The translations under genes were made by a program, and so were the position numbers. The notes beneath the pieces were generated by a model. It was not told where the DNA came from and did no database searches. It worked only from the letters and a program-made list of their open reading frames with translations. This document shows, one piece after another, positions 11,159-24,400 of a stretch of DNA of 64,000 nucleotides (positions are counted from its first letter, which is position 1; each line of letters starts with the position of its first letter). The stretch is taken from contig CM120648.1 of the NCBI GenBank assembly GCA_051362555.1, forward strand, positions 16,426,587-16,490,586, in the 5' to 3' direction. This stretch comes from Lingula anatina. Taxonomy: Eukaryota > Animalia > Brachiopoda.

Positions 11159-14100
11159 CCACTGGGTATATTGGACTTGTTTGGCGACAATACAGGTAAT
11201 TACGTTCAACATAATTTGAAGGAAATGGTAATCCAAATTATGCCTTGTTTCCTTTTTCCCTAAATGGCCCCTTGAATTATTGTAGAATAAATAAACTAGT
11301 CTATATTTACCGATTCCAATTTCAAAGCGGTTATTAATAACACGGCAACTATGGAGCACGAGTTGTAATTCTTAAAATCTTTTATCATATTTTTTTGGGC
11401 CACACCCACTAGTAATTAATCTTGTTCTATTTGTACAATCCAGATCCCCGGCCATATATCTGCCCTCAGCCTCCCAGCCCCCTCTACGGCTCCAACGACT
11501 GTGACAAACCTTCTTACCAACCGGACTCCGTGTGCACACAAAGTTGCCCCCAAGGATTCAATATGATCGGGGACGCCACTATGACTTGCCAGGACAATGG
11601 AGCGTGGACAAACCTGAACACAAGATGTGAAGGTAGTACTGAAAGAACTGGAGTTCTCGAGAGCTGCATTTGTCGTGTATTTTAACAAAAATAGAGTTCA
11701 TGCACGAAAATCGTTTACGGAATCGCATAGGATGTTTTACACAATACAGTTATTTTATATTTTTAAAAATGTGTTTGTCTACATAAATTTATTGTTACTT
11801 TTCGATCTAAAAACGCCTTCAGGATGAACTTGTAAGTTTTCATATCAATTTTTGAATTTCTATAATGCTATTTTCAGGACGCAGATAAATGTTCTCTTTA
11901 TCGTACGTGAATAACAACCAAAAAAGTTTATTTGAAAAACGCAACAAATGAATAAGGGAACGGCGAAATCACTACAAAAATATACATTACATCCCCGCGT
12001 TTTAAAATTTCAGACATAAATGAATGCGAAACCAACTCCGGTGGCTGTAATGAGCTCTGTTTTAATCATCCGGGTGGTTACAATTGCGGATGCAACAGAG
12101 ACGGTTTTTCATTGGATAAGGACGGGAAGACATGTATAGGTATGTTAGCCAGTTGAGGTATAGTTTCAAAGAGTGTTTATATTAAAATGATAGGTTGTAT
12201 ATTACAAAAATGACAATAATACAGTTCATATATATGTATGTGTACTTAGGTTATGCAGCGCTCTCTGTATATTTTCTTGTTTCTTTAGAATCTATACTTA
12301 TGCTGTTGCTGAATTTTAATTGGTAATACTTACAAAAATTAGAGATAACTTTATCAGACACCATTATTAAGATGCCCTCTTCTTATAACATTACTTATCG
12401 TTACATATGTGTTATGCGAAAGTTCAAACGGTAGTCGGGCAAAAGCAGTGTATTAGGGTATTTATTTATTTATCTCTTTTTTATTAAAATTAATACATCA
12501 AAAACAATAAGACGCCAAAATAAGATACATACAATAAGACATATACATACATGTATAACAAACTCGAGGCAGACATCTTATGCAGACTTTTCATGCCGTA
12601 TTTTACAGACACAGAACCTCCAGTGATAACACTCTGCTCCAGAAACATCGCCGTCCCAACCCTTCCCACCCAAGACTTTGCAATGGTCACGTTTGAAGAG
12701 GTCAAATACACTGACAATGTGGGAGCCACCGTAATCAGCGGTCCTCCCTCAAATATAGCCAACTTACCGATAGGTATCCATCAAGTCAAGTATGTCGTTG
12801 CTGATGAAGCTGGGAACAATGCAACGTGTGCGTTTGTCATCCAGGTCAAAGGTATGTTCCAACATTCAAAAATGAACATTATAGCAAAAATTTTATAAAT
12901 AAGTTTGTATTTCATTTGTTGAGTCGCTTTTTAGAGAATTTGTTAAGGATAATTTAGTTTTAAACTCTCGAATTAATTTAGTTTAATTTCCTTTTAACAC
13001 CTTAACATTTAGGGTGCAATTTATTGAATAAACTACAGTTTAAATATAAATAATTTCAAATGTTTTCAAAATATTATTTGTAATCAAATGTGGATTATTT
13101 GTGTATACGCAAAAACATGTCAAAATTGCTTCACAGAACTTACGGAAAATATACCAAAGACGACACTACAGTACGTCCTCACAACAATGACAGTCAATTT
13201 TAACGTAACGTCTTCCCTATGATTTTGCAATTCTAGTAAATGATATGAAAATTAATCAGCGTATGCATGTTTGTAAATACGATAACATTTGATTGCGGTC
13301 TACGTAAAAAAAGTAAGTTTTGGTCTTAAACATTTTTCAGTGTTTATCTTGTTATATATACGATTCCCGCCGTTGTATCTCGAATCAAAACCTACTAAAA
13401 TAATGGTTTAAAATTATCGTCACATGTTCCTCAGACGTGGAAGACCCGGTATTCAGCGGCTGTCCAGCTTCCAGAACGATCTACAACGACCAGGGTGTCT
13501 TCAGAGTCCTTGTCAACTACACCGACCCGGTGGCGTCAGACAACTCTGGTAACGTCACAGTGCGTGTGACGTCACCGGAAGGGAAAATGTTCCCCTTCGG
13601 CACCACGACTGTGACGTATCTTGCCACTGACGATAGCGACAATTACGCCATCTGCAGGTTTACTGTCAGTGTAACACGTAAGTGGCCAAATTGTGACACC
13701 AATTGTGTTTGTGTTGTGTTTGTTTGGTGTTATTTGATTGATCAGCTTCACTAGTGAAAAAGAAAATTTCTGGTGGAGAATAAATACACCTGGAACTTTT
13801 TTGGCGACTGAAACTCCCAATTTTATTTATAAAAGGTGTTAAAATAGTGTTTATTATGAACTGGAAAATCTGATTTATTTATTTTATTTTCATTTCAGTA
13901 TTTCATTTTAAATTGTCATCATAGTTATTTTGACAAATTTTAGTTTTCAGTTTTATCCATTATTTATTTATTTATTTATTTACTTATTTATTTATTTATT
14001 TATTGAGACAATCACGGCCCATCAATTAAAACAGATCTGCCCCACTTTCCAGGGTCAGCTGCCTGTCCTAAACTCGCTGATCCAATCAATGGTCACCTAA

Positions 14101-15295
14101 CGTGCTTCGCGTGGGCGCACGGTTACGCATGCACAGCACACTGTGACGAGGGCTATGAGTTCCTGGAGGCCCCGCCCACCAGATACGTGTGTGGTCCCAG
14201 CGGTGTGTGGTTTCCTAATGCCACGGTGCCTTCCTGTTATAGTGAGTACATGGTCACTGAGGTGAATTCTGAATGCAAACAGTGAGCGTTATATTAGATC
14301 TCTGTGGTGTGAAAAAAAATCTGGAAACTTTAATTAATTTCCCGTTTTTTGGTAAGGAATTAACAATAGGTCAAGCGTTTACGAGCATCTACTTTCTGAT
14401 TTTGATTATGGTCAATCGTGTTTTTAATTTCAAAAAAATCTTTTATTTATTTACTTAGTTATTTATTAATTAACTGTCATTTTACAGAAACAGTACAGCC
14501 ACAAGAGGCCTATATTTCATTTGTGGCCGAATACACAGCGCCGTGTCGGGACACGGATACGTGGAAGAAGCAAGTCACTGACGAATACCAAAGACTCAAC
14601 AACAACGGCCAATTCAATTTCCTTTGTCCTAAAGATGGAAACATTACGTGTGCGTTTACGCCTCCTTTCGTCAGGTGTGCCCCTGACAACGCCTCCTTTG
14701 CCACGGGATTTTTCTTAGCTGGAGATCTGAAAGCATACCCGGATATAGGAAGGTTGGTTGCCGAGCAGACGACAGCCATTCAAAAGCAGCAACATTCGCA
14801 GTTTTTCCTGGTTGTGTATTTAAGGCAGCCCAAGGCAATGTTCGCCGTACCAAAGGTGGACCCAGAAAACCGGAAGTTGGTGCCGCAGGCAGAGTTGATG
14901 TGTGGTCCGCGTCAAGTGGCGTATCGCAACAAGTGTGGTGAGTTTTCCCGCGTTTGGAAAACGAGTTGATGTCATTAGAAATAGTAGTTTTCAACAATTG
15001 TATGCGATGAAACTTTCAAATTTTAAGTAGCCGTTTCCATTAATTTGTTATTTCTTTTATTCAATTTACCATTCGATTCAGTTAATAGGCGTTATAAACC
15101 CAAAAACTTCCAATTTGTTTTTATTCATTTGTTCGTTCGCTTTTCCACTTCCGTTTGTTCATTTACACATCCCTTCATCACGTGGTCTATATTATAAATT
15201 ATTTCATTCGTTCGCTTGCCCCATTTTTCATTCATTCTTTCCAATTTCCAGTGATGTGCCCCGACGGTCACACCTGTGACAACGGCCTGCCGTAG
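3024..15295 (+). CDS. Secreted astacin (M12A) zinc metalloprotease, ~884 aa: signal peptide-pro-astacin-EGF x3-CCP-EGF-HYR x2-CCP-unassigned ~150 aa domain-short Cys tail
   Basis: 18 GT-AG exons with consistent phases: 3024-3128, 5221-5263, 6400-6429, 7103-7134, 7330-7408, 7745-7865, 8229-8407, 8993-9205, 9615-9737, 10023-10145, 10942-11064, 11444-11632, 12014-12139, 12609-12851, 13435-13677, 14053-14241, 14488-14937, 15252-15295 (2655 nt). Motifs: FEGDI pro-motif, [19 protein letters not shown] zinc site, SVMHY Met-turn, D(F/I)xEC EGF-Ca starts, DTEPP/DVEDP HYR starts. Alternative in-frame ATG at 3009. Confidence 0.9.
3288..3450. mobile_element. Small foldback/MITE built of inverted GGTCCGAAGGTTCATT repeats
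   Basis: Tandem GTCCGAAGGTTCATTG copies at 3294-3332 are mirrored by TTCGGACCAATGAACC copies at 3350-3440. Confidence 0.6.
4144..4323. mobile_element. MITE with terminal inverted repeats (astacin intron 1)
   Basis: AGTCGCATTCAGAACAGTG...CACTGTTCTGAATGCGACCT; related to the copy at 10676-10877. Confidence 0.6.
10676..10877. mobile_element. MITE related to 4144-4323
   Basis: ACATTCACAACAAAGTTGATCCGCGGACTAA...TTAGTGCGCGGATCAACTTGTTCTGAATGT inverted arms. Confidence 0.55.
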
Positions 15296-15359
15296 TATGA
15301 TTGCCAGAGTCTGACAGCTCAACGGAAGATGGACAAAACACAAGCGGCATAACAACTAG

Positions 15360-15469
15360 CAGGCCCGTAAGGGGGGGGGGGATTCGAAAGAACCCCTTTT
15401 TTGCCAGGGAAAAAGGTCGAATTTAGAAAAAGAAACACCCCCTTTTTGAAATTGCTGATCACGGACCTG
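15360..15469. mobile_element. Short MITE, CAGGCCCGT...ACGG(G/A)C(C/T)TG family
   Basis: Shares termini and the GGGG-TTCGAAAGAACCCC core with copies near 17260-17425 and at 59364-59535. Confidence 0.55.
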
Positions 15470-15954
15470 TCCAGTGCTTCGAATACGAGGACATTATATG
15501 TGCCTTGAGGAAGAATTGACACATATTCAGTTGTCAGACTTAACGGTAATCTATATACAGGATCGAGCCTACCGCCACATTGAATCTCTTCGGGAAAAGA
15601 AGCAATTTTCCCATACTCATGCACGAATCTTTGCTTGAACTGTTTCAGTACTTGAAATCTATGTTTATTATTATTTTTTTATAGAATGGTTTACTTCTAA
15701 ATGGCTGCCCGGTCTTTTGGGCAGCCATGCCTTGACATACGTTTGAGAAAGAACTATCGGCGTCAGGCACTTGTATTTAAAGGGTTGTATAACTTTTAAG
15801 GCCTGCATTGGGAAATATATGTTTGCCAATGACAAAGAAAATTACTTTTGGGAAATTTCCCAACGCGTACAGTACACCTTTTAATCAAATACATTTAAAA
15901 CAAAATATATTTAGCGTATAAAATCACACAAAACGTGTTGAAGTTCCTTCTGGA

Positions 15955-18900
15955 TCAATCTATAATAAAATCTTTCAATAAAGGCGTGCTCTCCTCCAAT
16001 GTACATGTGTTATCAGAGGATGACGTCACTTGTAAAGAAAGAACGCCGGAATGACCATGAACACCCTGGACTGTGACATCATTGGTGCTTGTGTCGTAAT
16101 CAATGACGACACTGTGACGTAGGCTGTATCTGGTCAATCCGAGGCGCTGCAGAAGTTTTTGTCTTACAGGCGCGGTCAGGAAGCAGTAGATGATGAAGTT
16201 AACGAAGCCCTGCCCGCTGTCACCGACTGCCTGAAACGTTTTGTATAAAAAATGTGTATGTGAAATAATTCTTTGACATACCTTAACGCAAAGTCGATTC
16301 TTCATTGAAAAAAAACAACTTAAATCCTTAAAACAATACAAACATTACCTTTCTGGTGGCTTACAATATGCATTAAATTGATGTATAAAGATATACAATC
16401 CATATTGAAAAAAGAAACACATGGTCAAGTTTAAAAATCAGTAAAGTTTTAAAATCGGTATTTGGAGCTTATAAAACTTTCGAAATAGAGATAAAGATAC
16501 ATTTATGAATAATTAAAGTACCTACGACTTCAAATAAACAGATCATAACACGTACCTGCAACACGGGGAAGATTTGGTTCACGATGACATGAAATGTACG
16601 AGGCAGGTGCTCCATCTGGTTTACCCAGACAACCGTATTGGCCAGGAAGCGGATTGTCCCCCAGATTCTCAGGGTCAAGAAGAACAGTGGTATAGTGGTC
16701 ATTACTCTGTCCACTGTCTTGACTGCTGCCAGAGTTCCTTTGTCCACGTATAGAGAAGGGGACTGGCGCACCTGAGACATAAGAGCGTTAATATCATTAA
16801 AAAGATCGGAGAAGGAATTCATCAGCTGCGCACGATCGTATAATTCTGATACTGAAATTTACGTCAGCAACTGACCGACGTTGCGGTCTCAGCCTGATAC
16901 CTTTCACTACGCAATAACCTGGATGGACTCGTTACCTGATCTAATGTCATCGTTCTCATTGTAATTCTAATGGTGGAGTCAAAACATTCACTCATACACG
17001 GTTGTTACTTACGGCCTTCTTGATCCTTCTCTTCATTTGAAAGTAAACTACGGGAATGAACACATAGGAAAGAATCTCCCAGCCCTTACCGGAAATCGTC
17101 ATCAGAAATACGTCCCACACCTGTGGCGCACATGAGACAAGAAATACAAAGTTATAACTTGTCTTCTAAGCCACAGTCACACGAATCTAAAAGTTTATCA
17201 GACATTACTTGAACAAAATTGATCAACCAAAACTGTCAGAAAATAGCACTGGATCAGCGACTGGCCAGGGGTGGGGGGCAGGAAATTCGAAAGATTCCTC
17301 CTTTTTTGTCAAGAAAAGTTCCATTCCAGGTAAAATTTAATATAGTTACATAAGGATTAATTCTAAAAGGTCAACTCTTTTTCAGAAAAAGAAGCCCACT
17401 TTTGAAATTGTTGGCTACGGGTCTGAATATTCATATTGTTTCATTATTTTCCTGGTAACCTGCCTATGTGAAGTATAGCAATTAACGCCGTGGCGATTGA
17501 ATTATTTTAATTTCATTTCACCAATGGATTTATTGTTCTACGTAGATCAACCCAACTCCGCTCGGATTCTCTTTGAATACAAACAGATTAACAGATCTGT
17601 ACGCCTTCCATGACGTTGAGTAGAATACTGAAAAGCTGGAGAATATACGATTAAATTGGATAAAAATGGAGGCGTGTTAAACTGTTAATCCGATTGCATT
17701 CAGTGAGACCCCCTGCGGACTTTGATTGATCTACGTTGACTGATAGTTTCATTGTGAATCAGCCCAAATATTAAATAAAGCAATGAAGTTGTTAAGGCGA
17801 GATGACTATGAAAATTGAATAAATGTTTAGTCTCAGTCACTAAGTTACAATTTCATCCTAACCTACGTACCCATCTTTTTGTCTCTATGTCACTGTCACA
17901 AGTTTTTATCCAACACCATCCGGCACTGGCGATTTTAGTTTCCTGTCCGTCTATCCCTGCCTGATCACGACCGAGATTGTTCGTCAGCAAGATAGGCGTC
18001 GTTATCAGAACTAGAAAGAAAGAGATCCAGTGACTTGAACTCTCAAGACACTACTATAAATTGAGTCTATTGTTCTTTCTGATATTTTGAAACTTTTATA
18101 CAAAATGCACTTCATGCAATGTGCTAAACGAGTAACTACATATTTTAGCTTCTTTCTTCCTTCTAAATGTGCCCAAGAATTAAGCTGAAGATTACCTACA
18201 TCATGGATGCCCCGATTTCAGTGTCCATCGAAAGCCTCACCTAAGCGGGGCCTAGACTCAATATGTAATGCCGTCTAGGGAGCTTTGTCCCTTTGGAGAT
18301 GTATGAGAATACTTTATAAGGCGTGTCTCAAATTCGGTGTTCAAATAAGGATGTTATCAAATTCAAAAACGTTATTCATCTTCAATAGTAATATAATAGT
18401 TATTGCGGCAACAGTTTTGGAAATCATTCTGCAACCCGTACATACATGCAACTATCGAAAACTCTTAATAAAACTGGTTTATTCATTTAATTTTCCAATA
18501 TACTTTCATAAAGTTCAACGTTAACGTCTATCCGCACATTAGAAATGGGTATGCGAGGGTTTGTGTCTATGGAAAAATGATAAAGATAAACTGAATTGTA
18601 GCTGTTTTTACTTTTATCTGCAATGTGATTTATTAAGCCGATTTTACCTATCATATGACGATGAGTAGCAACATTTTTATTATTGCTGCTCAAATGCAAT
18701 TCCTTATTATAAGTCATGTTATTCAAAAATTAATAATGAATAGCTTTATAAATAAAAATATTAGATTACTCACGCGGCAGACCCCAACAAATAACATGTG
18801 CGAGCCATCCTTTGCCTGTTTGCCATGTTTTACTCAACTCAGATTTAAACACCATGTCTCTGACACTGACCGCAATGAAAATGTTCCAAAAGAAAGACGC

Positions 18901-19206
18901 AAGAGTGGCAAACGTGGAAATAAAACTTTGGGTGACACAAACGTAATCCTGGGGACATCCGGTCTGATTCGTTCCGTTGAGGCCTGGATGACCCCGTAGG
19001 TCTTTCATCCCTGAAGACGCTCCAATAAGATTGCCAAAAGCCACCAGGAAATCTGCCAGTGTCAAGTATAGAAGGAAACGTCGATTAGAGCATCTCGTTT
19101 CACGAACGAGAAACCACGAGAGGTAGATTAAAAAACAGCCAAGCCAGGAAAGTACGCACGTTACTATGGTAACTATGTAAGTTATATAGTCAATTGCCTC
19201 AGACAT
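15955..19206 (-). CDS. GPR157-like (cAMP-receptor-like family) 7TM GPCR, ~390 aa
   Basis: Exons 19206-18774, 18010-17871, 17120-17013, 16771-16556, 16230-15955 (1173 nt, GT-AG). Motifs: RRFLLYLTLADFLVAFGN, CVTQSFISTFATLASFFW, HVICWGLP, IPLFFLTLRIWGTIRF, GDSGQGFVNFIIYCFLT. Confidence 0.85.
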
Positions 19207-19363
19207 TTTGGTTCAGTTTTTAAAATGTCCACTGAAATATAAAATGGAAAATTGGCGTTATTCATAGTCGTGATTTATGCTTACGCCTTATATATACCAA
19301 ATGTTAATTTTTTTTTTTGTGTATATATCTATGCAAGTGTGTGTGTGTATGTGTATGTGTGTG

Positions 19364-19400
<37 letters not shown>

Positions 19401-19459
19401 AAACCTAATTTAACATTGATACTACAATCGATGCAACAAAGTCAACAAATATCATGCCG

Positions 19460-19510
<51 letters not shown>

Positions 19511-20610
19511 GATTTTCTGTTGCCGAAAGACATTTAAAGCCCCGATCAATAAAATTTCCAGAACTACCAGGCCCACTGCCCGGCAGGACCTCACCTTTTC
19601 TCCGCTCAGTAACGTCTCATCTGGCAATGTCCAGCCACCCGGTGTGAGGGTCACCAAGAGTAATATGACGACCCTATTTTACTGGTTATTATTGAAAGGC
19701 CTTTAAAAGCATTGCTGCCATTAATGCACATGTGTGCTGTTAAACGTTGTCAGCAATTCTGGTGACAGATATTTACGTGTTGGCAGTCCTTTCTTATTTT
19801 CCCCTTTTGGATTTTCTATAAAATTGATTCCTCACAACTGCAGTTTCGAGTACCAAACCATGGCGAGCCGCACACTACTGACTTGTGTAAAATATCAAAA
19901 ATATATATGTATGTACACTGTCTGTATATTGCACACCTCAGTTAGCGAATCACTGACCTTTTTGACACATTAATCATACCGATACTGATGCATCGTTTGA
20001 AAATTCTGCCCAGTTTGTTGACTAACAATGTATTGAACGTAGTGTTGAATACACCATATCATCTGTGTATCAGTATTTGATTATATCCCAATATGATAAA
20101 CAGGCACCGTATCATCAGTGTCTATCTTGATCACAATATCATGTGATAAGTCTCCTAGCATATCTCTTCAGCAATCATGAACACTTAGTTCCCCAAATAT
20201 AGCGGTATAAAATTAATTGGTAGATGAAACACTTTTATGTATAATGTATGAATTAATTACTTTATGAATTACTTATGTTGAAAATTAATTTTCTTATTAT
20301 TTTTCTATGTATTTGTATTATCTACATTTATCAATTAACTTAGTTAGTTATTGGAGATTGCCAGACTGCATGGCAGCAGGACAACCGCTATAGAAAAAAA
20401 ATCACAATCTCGTATTTATCTGCGCACGTAGTTCTTCCATTAGGAGTCATCTGCGAATCCATACAACGCCGCTAATCTAACATCATACCCCAATGTTTTA
20501 AATATTTAAATATTTCTAATAAAACGCGATTGTCAGAATAAAAAAGTCAATAATGTGACAGCTTTGCAGCAAATATTTAATTACATATGAGTTCTTTTTT
20601 ACAGTTGTAA

Positions 20611-20655
<45 letters not shown>

Positions 20656-21490
20656 AGAAAGGGCAAGCATTACTGTAGATTGATCAAGGAAAAAAAGCAA
20701 TGAGCACAACTGGACATGATTCATGCACCATGAACTTATATTCTGATCTCGCATTGCATCATGCAAAAGCTTTTTTATATCACATTTCATAAGATAAATT
20801 AGGTTTATTTGAACAATTTAGGACGTCATGCATATCTTTATCAATAAATCATGATCTTCCGGTTTGAATATTATAATCCCGATACAAATAGTAGTTATCG
20901 GTAATCTCGTATAATCATACAATTAAAATACGCATAATACGCATGCCACATGATTGATAGAATTCATGACATACCCCGAAACCATCAATCAGAAAACATT
21001 CCTGAAAAAAAGAACAATTACTGAAAAGGATGCCAGATATCGCGAGTTGAAACATTCTCTCACCTCTGAATTTCTGTCTATCCTGAAAATTCCACCAAAA
21101 ATTGTGAAGAAATATTTGAAATACGAGCAAACCGTGCTACGCTCATAAATAATTAATCTCCGCCATTCAAGTCCCGCTCAACACAATTATCAAGCAATAA
21201 ACAAGCCTCCCTTTTATTAAAGATACTCATAATTTTGTACTGTGATATTGGCAAGCTATTAATTGTTGCGTCTACGCCTATCTCTAACTACCGTTTGCAA
21301 TCTGGCATTGTAGCGATAGCTTCGTGAGAACTTCGTCTCCCGTCTTCCTACCCGAAAGTCAAACAGGCGAAATGACCAAATAAAAAAGATATCTTCCGCC
21401 CTTTCTGCTAAATATTACAAACAAATGTATAATTGTCCACCCCTCCCCCCTCCGCAACTCATCAGTTACATCCTAGACCTGGTCGTGCTT

Positions 21491-24400
21491 TCAGTCACTT
21501 TCCTCGTCACTAGCGCTGTAGTCACCACACATCTCCTCGAACTCGCAAATGGGGGAAAATTCGGGGCTCATGGCGAGGATACGAGGGCGTTTACTTCGGC
21601 GGTTGCTGCCAGTTTGGAACGAACTGTATGACGCATCTTCGTCAAGGTCGACCTCGATGTCAGGTTGGGTGGCGTAATCCTCTGCCCCAACTTCACACAG
21701 CGTGCGACAGTGTGTATCATTTGCTAACTGCTCGTGACCATCTTCGGCCCTTGACGTTAGAGGTTTGCTATTTTCCAGATTCGAGGTTTGGGAAGTGATA
21801 GGTGTGAACATATGGTTATCGTAGGGAATAGCTTCCTCGTGTACAGAATCGCTTTCATAATCTGGATAAGTTTCGCTCGAGCTGCTGGTGCCATCAGACT
21901 CGGTCCCCTCGAGGTTTTCGTGCTCGAATGGGATCACACGCTCCCTGTCGTATTGATAGCGGCGCTGCGGTGTACCTGGATAACCATGACGTCTGCCTGC
22001 CACACCGTGACGTCTGTCCGCCATCACGTCCTCAGCTGACGGGGGTGAGATATTCAGCCCGTGTCTTTTTCCGTCATTGAGATGTAACTCAACGTCTTCT
22101 CTGTCATGTTTATAGCTTCGCGTGGGTGACTTGGGAAAACCTTGACGTCTGTCCGCCACTCCTTCTTTAAATGTTGGAGACGAAGGTTCCATTCTGCGGT
22201 CATTGAAACTTGTTTCTTCTTCATTTGAGGAACCATACTCGAAGGCTGGGTTGGCATAACTGGTAGGAGCAGCCTCGGCACCGTTTTCAACAAGGCGTTT
22301 GTTTTTACTTCGTAATTGATGCGAGGAATATGTGTCTAATTCGCCAACATTTTCAATCAGATGCTCGGTTGGTCTTGGTTTTCGTCTGTCATCGTGAACC
22401 CTCAAAATATCATGATCTGCTTGGAGCGGTTCAGAGTCTTCAGCATTTTGGCGATGATTGTGGATTAGTCTCTTACGCGCCCTTGACTTTTCTGGAGCTT
22501 TGTTGTGGCCGGCAACGCCCCCGGATGTAGCAAATCTAAAAAAATATTTCGCTCGACGATCGGCGTCTTCGATGTCTTGTTCTGAACATCTTACTCCGTG
22601 CCGAAGGCCTTCGTTGGATATTAAGTAGCGGGTACGACCTTTTTTCATGCGGTTTGGCGATTGGGGATTGTCTACGTTATTCGCTCCTACTTTAACGGTA
22701 TCCAAATATTGTCGTTGGGCGGCCTTAACCACAAGCTCTTCGCTTCGCATCTGTTTCTCAATCTTGTTATCAAAATTATACATTTTATGTGGAACGGCAG
22801 AGCTGACGACTTTTCGGGCCCACATTTTTTTCGGTCGACGTTGTTCGTTTTCCAAGTAGACAGAGGCCGGGTAACACCCGCCGGAGTCTGGCTTCAACTT
22901 CATCGGATCTTTTCGAGGCGGCTTGACGGCTGAGGCAGGCTTGGTTGAGTTTGACCTCGAATTTATGGGACCCTTCCTTGGTGGCTTGGCGGGTGGCACC
23001 GCCCTATGTGCTTGCATCTCTCTCTGGTTTGTCCCCACCTCAGACGGACGTGACTTTTGACCAAGTCTAGTCATGCGCACCAGGGGATAGTTTTGACTGG
23101 CTTTGCGACCTGACACCACACGCTTGGAGAAACGTCTAAGCATTTTTACCGGCCCACTGCCATCGATGTCTGAGGTGTCTGTACTCAAATCTGGGTGGTA
23201 TTCCTCATGTGGAGGGGGGCTGACCGTGGCCAAGGCAGTTGGTTGGAGTTTCCGGAACTCCTTGCCCCCTGCGTGGCGCTTCGTGAATCGCCGAGACATT
23301 TTCTTCAGCTTCTGTAGTGCGGAGGTTTTCTGAGAGTTCCTCTCTATAGTCCGGTCAAGATCTAGTACAACTGAAATATAGAAGGCGGCATGATCGGAGA
23401 TAACTTTGGTTTTTGGAGAAACGGTATTGATTATAAATGAACGAGAGTATTAAGTTTCATCAATCTGAAATATTGAATATGTAATTCTACTACATTGAAT
23501 AACAAAGAAAAGTGGACGATTTTTACAACCAGTTATGAATTAGGCACTACATGCTCACTCGAGGACGTCTGGGAACAAAATAACAGATGTACTAAATATG
23601 TGCAAATTTACTCACACTGTGCCAGAAATATCACCACTAGCACAAACACGAGGAGGGTCCCCGTTATGTAAAAGGCCACGGTGTATGGGTCCGATTTGCT
23701 GAAACCCGTTTTGACAGATAGGCAAGCACTGTTTTCTTGAAACAAGTCAAATAGTTGGTGCGGAGACGCCGTTTCTTCTTCGGAAGCACCCTTACTCATT
23801 ATACAAATGATGTACTGGACCATTCCGCCTTTTAAACCAGAGAGAGTTACTTCCGAAACAGGCGTTGTAGACGATGTGACGTTACGCTCCATAACGTCCG
23901 GTCTTGGGTTGTATTTTTCATAGTATTTGAATACAAAATTATAGAAAGGAAGTGGTTCTGGTAAGTGTATTGTTATTGACGTACCATACACGGTGTAGTC
24001 CACAAGATCTAAGTGGACGAATTGGCAGAACGTCCCGTGAAAATATTTGCCACATTCACACACATTCTTCAGCAAGATACACTGGCCCTGGTTACACATG
24101 CCGTCACAGACATTAACAGTCGTGGTTATTGATGATGTCATGGGCGGTTGTGTCACTGGTGACGTCACTGATGCACGTGTCGTCGATTTCCTGACCGTGC
24201 TGAAAGCAGGAGAGCTGTACTCACTGTTCTTTTTATCAGACACCGGTGTGCTCTTGCCGTAGAAAGTTGAAGTTTCTGTTGTTAATTTGACAGTGTCAGA
24301 TGTTATTTCAGTTGTGGTTATTGATGATGTCATGGGCGGTTGTGTTACTGGTGACATCACTGATGCACGTGTCGTCGATTTCCTGACTGTGCTGAAAGCA

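Noticed and set aside
21491-23299. 602-aa ORF as a stand-alone gene
   Set aside because: It is open upstream to an acceptor at 23370 and in frame with the TM exon, so it is treated as exon 2.
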